Source of the DNA: Octopus bimaculoides
Lineage: Eukaryota
Reading direction: 5' to 3'
DNA: 61,127 nucleotides
Assembly (NCBI RefSeq): GCF_001194135.2
Contig: NC_068983.1
Coordinates: 155,435,857-155,496,983, forward strand
Part shown: piece by piece, positions 49,992 through 61,127 of the stretch
Numbering within the stretch: position 1 is the stretch's first letter
How the letters are laid out: the number at the start of each line of letters is the position of its first letter
Translations under genes and position numbers: made by a program
The notes under the pieces: model-generated
What the model was told of the DNA's origin: nothing
The model's input: only the letters and a program-made list of their open reading frames with translations
Database searches by the model: none

Positions 49992-50604
49992 ATGTGTGTG
50001 TATTATGTGTATATATATATGTACATACATGCATGCATACTGACACACATATGATTCCGTATAAACTCCAGATCGTACATAATAATATCTTTGACAAATT
50101 ATATTCTATAATGTTCCCGTTGTAGCAATAATAGCATGTTTCACGAAGAACTAAGTAATTGATATTTTGCTTGCAGCTACAGATGTTGCAATTCACGTCT
50201 TACATACAAACAACACAGAAATGCTCACGAACACACGCGCGCGCGCGCTTAAAGCTAATAAGTGTTTTTGTGACTATTGTCTTGCTGCCGGATTGTAATA
50301 GTTATCCTTTCAAAGGATGCACTGAGTCCAGAGAAATCCAACCTGAATTACGTTTTTGTTAAATGTAACCGATATTGTATATATTAGTGGGATCGTAGAA
50401 TAGTCGAATGATTAAGAAAATCGCTTTATAACCACTAAATACCGGGATCGATCCCAAAGTGTGTCGTCTGAGGCTTGTGTCTTTTACCACAGCCTCGGTT
50501 CCACATAATCTTTGTGAGTGAAACTGAGCAGAAGAAATTGTTTGGAGGCACGCTGGATACATAGAACATGTAACTCAAATGTTACATTAGCCTTGTCACA
50601 TAAG

Positions 50605-51161
50605 TCTTCGAACAATTGACGAACTTGTTGATATGATTGGTGTACCCTGGAGCTCCTGCTAACAAATTTTCAGAGAGGAATTGCAAATGAAAAGTGTTGC
50701 AGCAAAATTTGTGCCTCGCTTACTCACGGAAGATCAAAAGCAATCACGACTTAATGCGTGTCGTGAACTAAAAGAACAGTTGGATGTTGGTCCTGGTGAT
50801 GAAAGCTATTGCTGCGGCTACAACTTGGAGACGAAGCAGCAATGAAGTCAGTGGAAGCATTCAAAGGAAGTTCAATGTCAAGACGATACTGATTTGTTTT
50901 ATCGATGCGAAAGGAATGAAAAAAATCCCTTAAAGGAAAACGCTTTGTGGATGTGGAAGAGGTGAAGAAAAAACGGTAGAGGCATTAAACGGCATCACTT
51001 TGGAAGAGTTTCAGGACTGCTTCGAACAATGGAAAGTGCGTCTGGACTGATGAATTGCTTCAAATAGAGAATACTTTGAATGCGATAAAAGTGTAAACAT
51101 GTAAAACTTAGTGAATAAAGTAATATTGCAACATTCCGGTTTCTTTTGAGTAGCCTCTCGT
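50605..51161 (+). mobile_element. Mariner transposon remnant, internally deleted
   Basis: RTIDELVDMIGV, AAKFVPRLLTEDQKQSR (WVPREL-like), GDES..GYNLETKQQ, KTILICFIDAKG, LKGKRFVDVEEVK, FEQWKVRLD*; right TIR ...ttttgagtagcctctcgt. Confidence 0.85.
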
Positions 51162-53711
51162 GACTACTTATATTCTAAATTAAAGAACAAGTAATTTGGT
51201 TGATTGAACAACTGAATCCGCATCGTCGAAATTGACGAAGATCCTTTTACTTACTGCTTACGTAAGAATAGATGGTCAGAAAGATAGATGTCTCTCCATT
51301 TCTTTTTTAAATTCTTTGACATCTTCTTTTAAAGAAACGGTGGATTTCTCTCAAAGAAACATGTCTATAACCGGAATTTAGATAACGGCAGTAGTAAAGA
51401 ATTTATGGATGGAATTTTCGAAGAGTCTTGCACAGTACCGTTGTTCTGCTCGTGAATTAAATTTTCAGAACGTGCTTTAAATATTCACTTTATTAGCTTT
51501 TCTAGATCTCTGGTGAAGCACTTATTATCATCACTAAGTGTGCCAATGATTATCGGTAAATGTAAATGGTAATTTTTAATGCGTATGGAGAAGACGTAGG
51601 CTTTGAAGCAGTTGGAAATAAAGATTTTCTTTCAATTCCTATTTTCAATAAAATATATATTGATCTTGAGATCAGCTATACATATGTATAAGCATTTGTT
51701 CTATTTTATATGTATGTATGTCCATATAAATTATGTACGTGAGTGTGTACATATGAATGAATGTATGCATGTTTGAATGTAATTTCATCACAGAATTCCT
51801 TCCAGCTGGTTACTAGCAAAATCTCAAGACATTTTGTTTTATTCATGATAGTTTCAGTGATTTGTTTGACTAGTTCTAGATTTGTTATGCTTATACCAGA
51901 TTGTTGTTTTCAATGCAATGTTCCATTAGTATTCTTTATTTTTAGAGATGTAATATTTCGGTTCTGGTGCATTTAGAAAATGACATTTAACAAGGTACAG
52001 TGACTTTAGTATCTTTCAGTGAGGAATAGACTCGAACGCCTTCAGTCACATAGTCTTAGATTCCAGTACAATAACATAGTCTTAGATTCCAGTGATGCTG
52101 CTTCGCTTCTTTAAGGTCAATGTTAGTGAAGAAGAAACGTTTAGCACAGCTCAATACTCCTTTCTTCTGTCTTGTTTACTCATCAATCACCACGTCGTTT
52201 GTTTCACACATTTAATCAATCGTACTGTGTTTATACATAGCATATAAGTAATTTACGCGCCTGTAGGTCTTTGGCTACATGCTCAAAGCTGACTGTGCAA
52301 ATGTCATCCTGTCTGCCACATCAAGTTCATCGCCCATTGTTTTTTTTCTTTTTTCTTGTCTTTTGCTTTAACAAGTTGGCAAAAACTTTTGTATAATGTG
52401 AGCTTGCTATACCAATAACTGACTATCAACTCGCTCTTCATTATTTTAATGACTCTAACAAGAATCTCAATGTACGTATTAATGCATTTATTATGTATGT
52501 ACCTGTATATGTAAGTATGAATGTATGCACAGATGGATGGATTGATGGACACATAGATCAATCAATGGATGTATAGTTAATAAAAATCTTGATTATGATT
52601 TAAACAATATATAAAAATGACTTTACTATATATAGTTTCAAAATATGCATTTTACCTGCTTTACTTTTTGGCTGTGAAACCTATTCAAAACATGTTAAAC
52701 GGTGGAATGTTTGCACCTTCGACAAATTGTGCACATGGTGAGACTATGTGAATGTAGAGAAGCTCCTCTTCGATGTAGCTGATCGATATAGCAGACTATG
52801 TAGTTCGTATGGAAGATGAATGAATATCAAAAACGTCTGCTCTACTAAGGACTATGTTCTTTGAAAAGATCCCCTCTCAAACAGAGAATAAGATACAAAG
52901 ACAAGAGATAATATTTGTGGAAAACAAATATGCTCAATATGTCCAAGCATTTTGAAGAGATCGCGTTAAATATGTAAAACGCGAACGAGTCACAAGCAAA
53001 TTTCATGGATGTATCGTTCTTTTAAATGTTGAACTGACTTACGAATTTGTTTTTCTAAAGCAATCTTTTTACATAAAGCAAACTAACAATAGCTAACCAC
53101 CAAATAAAAGATCACACGTCGACCAATAATTCAACGAAGTTGTTGTCATTCAGCTCTCTGTCTGAAGAAACGCATATCAGCACACAATTCTAATTGCCAT
53201 AATTCTGCATTGCATTTAATTGAGAAGAGACATTCATATGATAGTTGAGGTAGAAACTAAAAATCAACATCTGGACTAAAAATTGATTCTCGTTTTACAG
53301 CTTATTAACAAGCAGCTATTCCACGCATTAGTATGCCGACTTATATAATGCATAAATGCGTATATGTAGGTATTCATTTTTGTATGTATGTATGCCTGCC
53401 TGTGCAACTCAGATTCTTCCTGTAACGTTATATATATAATTTCTGTGGAATTTTCAATTGTTTACTGAACAATTTAACGATTTGGTAGCTCTCTTCATCG
53501 AACACTTGAAACATATTTTACTAAAATCGATGTGAGGTCTATTTACTTTATATATATGAAGCATACACATGCACACACAGATTATTGTGAAATTCTAATT
53601 CACTCTGACTTTATCATAAATTTCACTCTACTCTCAATATTGAGCTCCCTCCACACATCAGTAAATGTTCTGCTGCTATTTTAAACCTAGCTTGTAAATA
53701 ATCCTTTCTTC

Positions 53712-53880
53712 TATAGGAACAAGGCCTGAAATTTCATGGGATGGGGTATATCATATCGACCCCAGTGATCAACTGGTATTTATTTTACCGACCTTGAAAT
53801 AATGAAAGGCAAACCTGACCTCGGCAGAATTTGAACTCAGAACGTAAAACCAGAAAAAAAAGTCGTTAAGCATTTTGTAC
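53712..53880 (-). mobile_element. SINE family C, diverged
   Basis: Reverse-complement match (gaccccagtgatcaactggtat...ctcggcagaatttgaactcagaacgtaaa). Confidence 0.8.
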
Positions 53881-54467
53881 GAAAAATGCCGATAACATTT
53901 ATACAAACATGTGTACAAAAATACATACAACCCCACCCCTCGTCACACGTGTATTTACAAGAAAAACGCTGAGAGCGATTTCGAGGTTTAGGATTACTGG
54001 CCGTCATCAAATCATGGATTAGTCCGCTTTTTAACAAGCCTTATACACAGTTCTATTTGAGAGCTCAGTACGTGGACGGAGCAACATATATGAAAATTAT
54101 ATAGAAGTTTGTTGTGAGAAAGGAGAATGGGTTATAAAAGAGAGGGTTATAGAAAGGGAAAGAAAGAAAGCCGGATGGATAGGAAAAGAAGGAAAAGAAA
54201 AGGCTTATGGTTTGAGAAAAAATTGATTGTGTTAGTGAGAGGAATTGTTTGTATTCAATTATGGTTTGGGTTTAGTTGAGCATATATGTAAAAGAGCGTG
54301 CTGCAAATTTGAATTGCATCGGAATTCATGTGCGTATTCAGGTCACAATTCGTGTTAGTTGAAGGTTTCGTTTGGTTTATTCAGAATTTCTTATAGCTTT
54401 ATTAGTACTAGAAGTAAGAGGTTATCATGCTGCTGTATGCGGGTCAAATAATATTGTTTATAAATAT

Positions 54468-54835
54468 TGTGGCACTCCGTCGGTTACGACGACGAGGGTC
54501 CCAGTTGATCCGATCAACAAAACAGCCTGCTCGTGAAATTAACATGCAAGTGGCTGAGCACTCCACAGACACATGTACCCTTAACGTAGTTCTTGGACAC
54601 TGAGTGTGACAAGGCTGGCCCTTTGAAATATAGGCACAACAGAAACAAGAAGAAAGAGTGAGAGAAAGTTGTGGTAAAAGAGTACAGCAGGGTTCGCCAC
54701 TGCTCCTGCCGGGTCTTCGTGGAGCTTTAGATGTTTTCGCTCAATAAACACTCCCAACACCCTGTCTGGGAATCGAAACAGCGATGCTACGCCTGCGAGT
54801 CCGCTGCCCTAACCACTGGGCTATTGCACCTCCAC
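54468..54835 (-). mobile_element. SINE family A, full length with TSD
   Basis: Head-to-tail match with a small internal deletion; TSD ttataaatat at 54458-54467 and 54837-54846. Confidence 0.92.
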
Positions 54836-55387
54836 ATTATAAATATATGTGTTACGGACTCCTATATGCTAGAAATAGATGCCGAATCACCTAACCACGA
54901 AGAATATGTTCTCAAGAAAAAAATTTCAGCGAGTCACCAGACTGTAAAGGGAAGACAAATGAAAATATACAAAAAAAACAAAAAAAACGATTAACCTACG
55001 TACCATTGGTTTCACCTGTTAATATTTACACAAGAGTCGATTTATAAAATATAATTTCCAGAACTAGACACAGAACGTTCACCCGAAAGGGAGCATGTGT
55101 AAAGTTTTGCAAATTACATTCAGTGTATCTTTTCAAATGTCTTCAATCTGGTGCGCTGAGGCCGGAAATAACTCTGCAGTTAATAAATTTGTGCAGCTAA
55201 TTTACCGGTTTGAGAACATCGTTATCTAAAAATTTAATAATAAGGGTAGAAATTGATATTAATCAATTAAAACCAGTGGTCTATCATATTTTAAAAAATC
55301 TGAAGATTAAAATTATATTACATACAAAATTAAGAGGAATGACCAGCAAAAGTGGACTCCTATATGCTAGAAATAGATGCCGAAGGA

Positions 55388-56607
55388 TTCAGAATGCACC
55401 ATCAGAAGATTTGTGCATGACGACATCCGGTACAAGTCGTACATGGTTTGGAAGAGGGTCAATTTATGTTGGATGTGACACGAGAGAATCGTGCGATGCG
55501 TGCAGAACTCTTAATAAACAAGTTAAAACACCAAGAGATTAGAATGGTTTGGTTATTCTTCAATAAGAGAAACCTCGACCATGAGGTATACGGAAGGAAC
55601 GACAGATGGTTATGCAGAAACCCGAATGTCATTCCAAGCGTCATGCATACTAAGTTCCCAGTAACTAGTGGTTCTGTGAGTACTCGCCAACGAGTGAGAT
55701 GACATGCCTCCACAATTTATTTTCACATGAATAAGGGTCAATGCCGCTGTCTACACAGAGGTGTTGTAGAAAGTTCTGAGGCCCGAATAATCAGAGTACG
55801 CAACGGAAGAGCGTACGTCTTCCAACAAGACTCTGCGCCGTCTCATACGGCTAGGACGACCCAAGCAAGGATGCATGCCGATCTCCATGGTTATTTCTTC
55901 CCAGACCCATGGTTTTCTAGCTCATCGGACCGCAATCAACTGGACAATTGGATCTTTTTTAAAACGGGGGCCACATTTTTCATTAACGAAACACTTTGAA
56001 ACTTGGAACACTGGTAGAATGTGTCATACAAAACATCTTTTTCTCTTAGTCTTCTTAAAAAAAAAAGAAATCCATAAGTTATTCCATGTGAAAGTTGTAT
56101 TTCTGTAATTTCAACCAATCACTGACGTCCATTCAGCCGATATACATTAAGTGCCGACTACATAAACAAACGATTCTGAAACAATTAACCCTAACCCTAA
56201 CCCTAACCCTAGGGTTAGGGTTAGGGTTAGGGTTAGGGTTNNNNNNNNNNNNNNNNNNNNNNNNNNNNNNNNNNNNNNNNNNNNNNNNNNNNNNNNNNNN
56301 NNNNNNNNNNNNNNNNNNNNNNNNNNNNNNNNNNNNNNNNNNNNNNNNNNNNNNNNNNNNNNNNNNNNNNNNNNNNNNNNNNNNNNNNNNNNNNNNNNNN
56401 NNNNNNNNNNNNNNNNNNNNNNNNNNNNNNNNNNNNNNNNNNNNNNNNNNNNNNNNNNNNNNNNNNNNNNNNNNNNNNNNNNNNNNNNNNNNNNNNNNNN
56501 NNNNNNNNNNNNNNNNNNNNNNNNNNNNNNNNNNNNNNNNNNNNNNNNNNNNNNNNNNNNNNNNNNNNNNNNNNNNNNNNNNNNNNNNNNNNNNNNNNNN
56601 NNNNNNN

Positions 56608-56664
<57 letters not shown>

Positions 56665-56945
56665 CAATTAATACCACTATAACACCGTACAATTTCTCAA
56701 GTCTGCCGTAACCAGCACTATGTCTAAAATTGATAAGGATCATCTGGTTCAGGCATGTCAATGCTTTCGATCCCGTATCGAAGCACCACCCATCGATGTT
56801 AACTGTAGGTTCGTTGAATAAGTGCGATAAAAGGATTTTAAAGATTATTCACACTAATTCGTTTTCAAATACAGCTTTTCTCTGAGGAGCTTGCCTCTTT
56901 TTCTAAATTCATACAAATGACTTTAAAAAAAACTGACGCACTCTG
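55388..56945 (+). mobile_element. maT/DD37D-like Tc1/mariner remnant, interrupted by the GGATC element and a gap
   Basis: SECTIRRFVHDDIRYKSY, RNDRWLC..P...MHTKFP, YVFQQDSAPSHTA..TQ, W.SSSSDRNQLD (WPPsSPDLNPLD). After the gap: ERELN*YHYNTVQFLKSAV...ACQCFRSRIEA...FVE*. Confidence 0.8.
55950..56240. mobile_element. GGATC foldback element, left arm (second near-identical copy)
   Basis: Almost identical to 19081-19325; continues into inverted telomeric repeats, then the gap. Confidence 0.92.
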
Positions 56946-57152
56946 AATATGATATGTGTGCGTGTGTGTGCGCGCGTGCGTGTACACATGCGCACCTGTT
57001 CACCCCTGAAAACTCCAACAGATACGTCATACATATATGTTGCCGCAGCATGCGCTTACAGATTTTTTTCCTCATCGTTTCTGCTTCTAGGTACCAACAC
57101 TTACGTATACAAATTTGCATCTATCTGTGTATAAATCATCAAACCACGAACG

Positions 57153-57194
<42 letters not shown>

Positions 57195-57560
57195 CATGTG
57201 CGTATATGTAAAATATGTATGTATGTATGGTCATATAGATGTATACACATACGTACTCATACATATATCTTTACACATACGTTTGTAAAGATGTAAGAAC
57301 TCCACTATGTAAAAATCTTATATATATATATATATATGAGAACCAAACTAATGCTCTTATAAGAGCAAATAAACCGCAACTTCGAAGTCATGATCAACCA
57401 TTTCCGTGTGAAAATAGAAAAAATAAATAGATACATATGGTACATCACTGAAAGTATTAGATATTCCTTCAGTTTAACGCTCAGCTATCTTTTTTACATA
57501 TAACTTTACCATAACCTACCACCACCATCATATATATATATATATATATANNNNNNNNNN

Positions 57561-57596
<36 letters not shown>

Positions 57597-58089
57597 TCAA
57601 ATTCATATGTTAGCAGTACTTTAATTTAGGGTGTATATATAATTTTCAGAGGTTAGTACTTGTTCACGATCGAAATATTATTCGTTTTTCTACGAGAACC
57701 TGTCACTTAACGTCCCTGTTGATATGAACATTTTCTGATTTCAATTATTATTTGATATTTTCCTGCAGGATACTGATGTCATATAGCTGAACTTTCACAC
57801 CAACTCTATAAAGTGCCGGTCTCTTGCTAATTATCCAAAGTATTTTTCTTTCTCAATTTTTCTGCATGTGATATATCATAATTATTTAAGAGAATTGGTG
57901 GCTTTCCAGTCTCAATATCTTATAGTGCTTAATAAAAGATTCAGCTTAATTCTGAATTCAAGATTTGTATTCTATTCTCTTATTTCTAAACCCATTTCAA
58001 TGGGGTTGACTTAGGATTTTAACTTGCCACAGACAATAAAATAAATACTTGATACGTTCTGAGTTCATTTAAATGGAACAGTTCTTCCG

Positions 58090-58256
58090 ACTTTGTGCCA
58101 GTGTTAGTAGAAATGAGTACCAGCTGAGCCTTGGGATTCCCTTAGCCTTACACTTTTTCAGGGTCGATAAAATAAGTACCAGTCAAACACTGGCTCGATG
58201 TAATCGACTATCCTCCTCCCCATAACATTTCAGGCCTTGTTCCTATAATAGAAAGG
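58090..58256 (+). mobile_element. SINE family C 3' part
   Basis: gggtcgataaaataagtaccag...tcgatgtaatcgact...ggccttgttcctataatagaaagg. Confidence 0.75.
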
Positions 58257-58383
58257 GTTGTTGTTGTGATTCTTCTTCTTCTTCTTCTTCTTCTTATTCT
58301 TCTTCTTCTTCTTCTTCTTGTATCAGCAGCATGCCGGTTCGAGCTGGTGGCATATCTTTTCGTTTATTAATATATTCAAAAGT

Positions 58384-58560
58384 TAAGGCGGCGATCTGGC
58401 AGAAACGTTAGCACGCCGGGCGAAATGCTTCGCAGTATTTCGTCTGTCTTTACATTCTGAGTTCGAATTCCGCCGAGGTCAACTTTCCCTTTCATCCTTT
58501 TGGGGTCGATAAATTAAGTACCATTTACGCACTGGGGTCGATGTAATCGACTTAATCCGT
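58384..58560 (+). mobile_element. SINE family C, young copy running into gap
   Basis: taaggcggcgatctggcagaaacgttagcacgccgggcgaaatgc...gttcgaattccgccgagg. Confidence 0.92.
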
Positions 58561-59708
58561 NNNNNNNNNNNNNNNNNNNNNNNNNNNNNNNNNNNNNNNN
58601 NNNNNNNNNNNNNNNNNNNNNNNNNNNNNNNNNNNNNNNNNNNNNNNNNNNNNNNNNNNNNNNNNNNNNNNNNNNNNNNNNNNNNNNNNNNNNNNNNNNN
58701 NNNNNNNNNNNNNNNNNNNNNNNNNNNNNNNNNNNNNNNNNNNNNNNNNNNNNNNNNNNNNNNNNNNNNNNNNNNNNNNNNNNNNNNNNNNNNNNNNNNN
58801 NNNNNNNNNNNNNNNNNNNNNNNNNNNNNNNNNNNNNNNNNNNNNNNNNNNNNNNNNNNNNNNNNNNNNNNNNNNNNNNNNNNNNNNNNNNNNNNNNNNN
58901 NNNNNNNNNNNNNNNNNNNNNNNNNNNNNNNNNNNNNNNNNNNNNNNCAGGTGTCAAGAGTCATTGCTTTCGTTTGCACATGAAAGAGGAGGCGTGCACT
59001 TTTCAAGTGTTGACTGTTTGAAGTCCTAATAATTGCACCACTGCTACTGCGGCAAAAGACAGCAAGTATTAGTACAAAGAAGAAGAACAACAACAGCAAC
59101 AGCAACAAACAGAAGCAATAGAAACCGCTAGAATAAAGAACAAGTATATCAGCATTTGTGCTAATATCAACAATAGCAAAAACTACAATAACAACTGCAG
59201 TACAGACTGTACAGTTGGAACACCATCACCATCGACAACAAATTCGTAACCAGTAGCAACTGAGGTAGCGGGAAAAAATGGCTGCAGCAAAATGAGCACT
59301 TCCCTGTGGATATCTCGATCTACCACTCACTCTTCCCCTGCCGCTACTTCTCCTCGCCTTATGCATGTACAAACACAGACGTACATGCAAAAATAAAAAA
59401 AAAAAAAATAAAAAAAAAAAAAAAATATGCAACTGGTCCCCAGCCAAGTTGGAGTCTTTAGATCATACTTCAAGTAAGATGCGGTGATGGCAAGAAAAGC
59501 CAAATACTAAGCAAAAAATAAATCTTAAGGGAAAAACGAAACACAAAATAAAACCAATTCCACTCCGACCCCAAGCAACGTTATATACACGGCTGCTACA
59601 AATACAGCCTCACCATCGGTGCCTACACTAATAGCAACAAAAGGAAAATATTCAATCGACTAAACCTCTCCTTAGACAATGTGATAAATTTTAACCCATT
59701 ATTTACAC

Positions 59709-59880
59709 AGGTGGCGAGGTGTTAGCGCGTACAACGAAACGGTTAGCGCCATTTCTTCCAAATTGTTATATTCTGAGTTCAAATTCCACCATGGTCGATT
59801 TTGTTTTTCATCCATTAGGATCGAAGAAGTAAATACCAGTTGAGTACTGGCGTCGATGTAATCGAGTATCCACCCAACTA
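59709..59880 (+). mobile_element. SINE family C, diverged
   Basis: ttctgagttcaaattccaccatggtcgattttg...gagtactggcgtcgatgtaatcgag. Confidence 0.75.
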
Positions 59881-60109
59881 AAAAAAAAAAAAAAAAAAAT
59901 CCGTAGTTGTGCCAGTAGCAGGTAGGATTATTATTATTATTATTATTATTAATTTTTATTCTATCAATTTTCTTTCTATTTTTTACTGAGTGTCTTCCCG
60001 ACACCTAGAGCAAATTATACACTGCATATATTGATAGTCCATTAAACTAAACACATCAGATTGTTTATTTTCAAAACGAAATAAAGTTATTATTATCTCT
60101 TTATCACAG

Positions 60110-60168
60110 GTTTTGTTGGAGCTCTTGGAGTCTTGCAAGCGGAGCGGGCTTACTACCTGCAGCCTACG
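60110..60168 (+). CDS. Candidate internal exon of an unidentified gene
   Basis: Strong acceptor tatctctttatcacag|G, GC-rich island in an AT-rich context, all three frames open (for example GFVGALGVLQAERAYYLQPT). Donor uncertain (gtaccg at 60169 or gtaacc at 60193). Confidence 0.3.
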
Positions 60169-60219
60169 GTACCGTGCTATTCGCTCTTTTCAGTAACCTA
60201 ATACTTTCCTGATTATTCT

Positions 60220-60271
<52 letters not shown>

Positions 60272-60282
60272 CATTATCATCA

Positions 60283-60436
60283 TGTGGTAAGTAGCTAGCT
60301 TACCAAACACATGGTCCCGGGTTCAGTCCCACTGCGTGGCATCTTGGGCAAGTGTCTTCTACTATAGCCTCGGGCCGACCAAAGCCTTGTGAGTGGATTT
60401 GGTAGACGGAAACTGAAAGAAGCCCGTCGTATATAT

Positions 60437-60470
<34 letters not shown>

Positions 60471-60670
60471 ATGTGTTTGTGTATCTGTCCCCCAACATTG
60501 CTTGACAACCGATGCTGGTATGTTTATGTCCCCGTAACTTAGCGGTTCGGCAATAGAGGCCGATAGAATAAGTACTAGGCTTCTAAAGAATAAGTCCTGG
60601 GGTCGATTTGCTCGACTAAAGGCGGTGCTCCAGCATGGCCACAGTCAAAAGACTGAAACAAGTAAAAAAA
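60283..60670 (+). mobile_element. SINE family D, nearly full length, internal (TA)n
   Basis: gggttcagtcccactgcgtggcatcttgggcaagtg...gaaagaagcccgtcg(TA)n...gcggtgctccagcatggccacagtc...gactgaaacaagtaaaa. Confidence 0.92.
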
Positions 60671-60674
60671 AAAT

Positions 60675-60711
<37 letters not shown>

Positions 60712-61127
60712 GGTGGTGGTGGTAAAAATATCAGGAATAACAAAAATGAGTAACAGAGGCAGTGTCAGCAATATTAGCTGTAATAGAAACTTCAGCATTA
60801 ACTCCTGCATTGTTTATCGTTTCATTTATCTTACTAGGTGTTGCCAATTTAGCATAGAATCATAACCAACTCGTAATCTTCCATCTCCATGCATCATTCT
60901 CAAGAAAATGCACTTCTTCTATCCCGTTCCCTCCCTTAAACTCCCTTTTATATACTTTCTGGTTCTGCTATCCTCTCCCTTACCTAGGCAATTCCTGCTT
61001 TCTCCATTTTTTTTTCACCTAGTAATCTTTATTCATTTTTCATTTATTTTTTACTTATTTTTTTTCCATTGATTTTCATTGCATTTTATTTCCTTTCATT
61101 TTGAATATATATATATATATATATATA

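Noticed and set aside
59262-59370. GC-richer patch with aaaatggctgc (promoter or exon, KWLQQNEHFPVDISIYHSLFPCRYF)
   Set aside because: No polypyrimidine acceptor, an in-frame stop just upstream, and no recognisable homology.

Overview
AT-rich, repeat-dense animal genomic DNA with 12 N-gaps, most of them abutting microsatellites. The repeat content (tRNA-headed SINEs, dense di/tri-nucleotide arrays, TTAGGG repeats) looks cephalopod, probably Octopus; that assignment is inference. No host protein-coding gene could be recognised, and most long ORFs in the track are microsatellite or gap read-throughs. Supported features are mostly decayed mobile elements: about six SINE families in many copies (several with target-site duplications), CR1/L2-like, RTE-like and R4/Dong-like LINE remnants, two Penelope-like (RT/GIY-YIG) remnants, Tc1, mariner, maT/DD37D and pogo-like fragments, and a GGATC-ended foldback element with an 8-bp TSD that carries telomeric repeats. 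Most interesting observations: (1) a 36-bp pri-miRNA-like hairpin at 19729-19819 whose non-Watson-Crick pairs are mostly G-U on the + strand; (2) three related gag/ORF1-like (CCHC knuckle) elements with no reverse transcriptase at 41333-44830; (3) a minimal type I hammerhead-like motif with palindromic stem III at 38025-38059; (4) a 94-bp duplicated orphan module at 9890 and 12150. All family assignments come from motif recognition by eye, not database searches.
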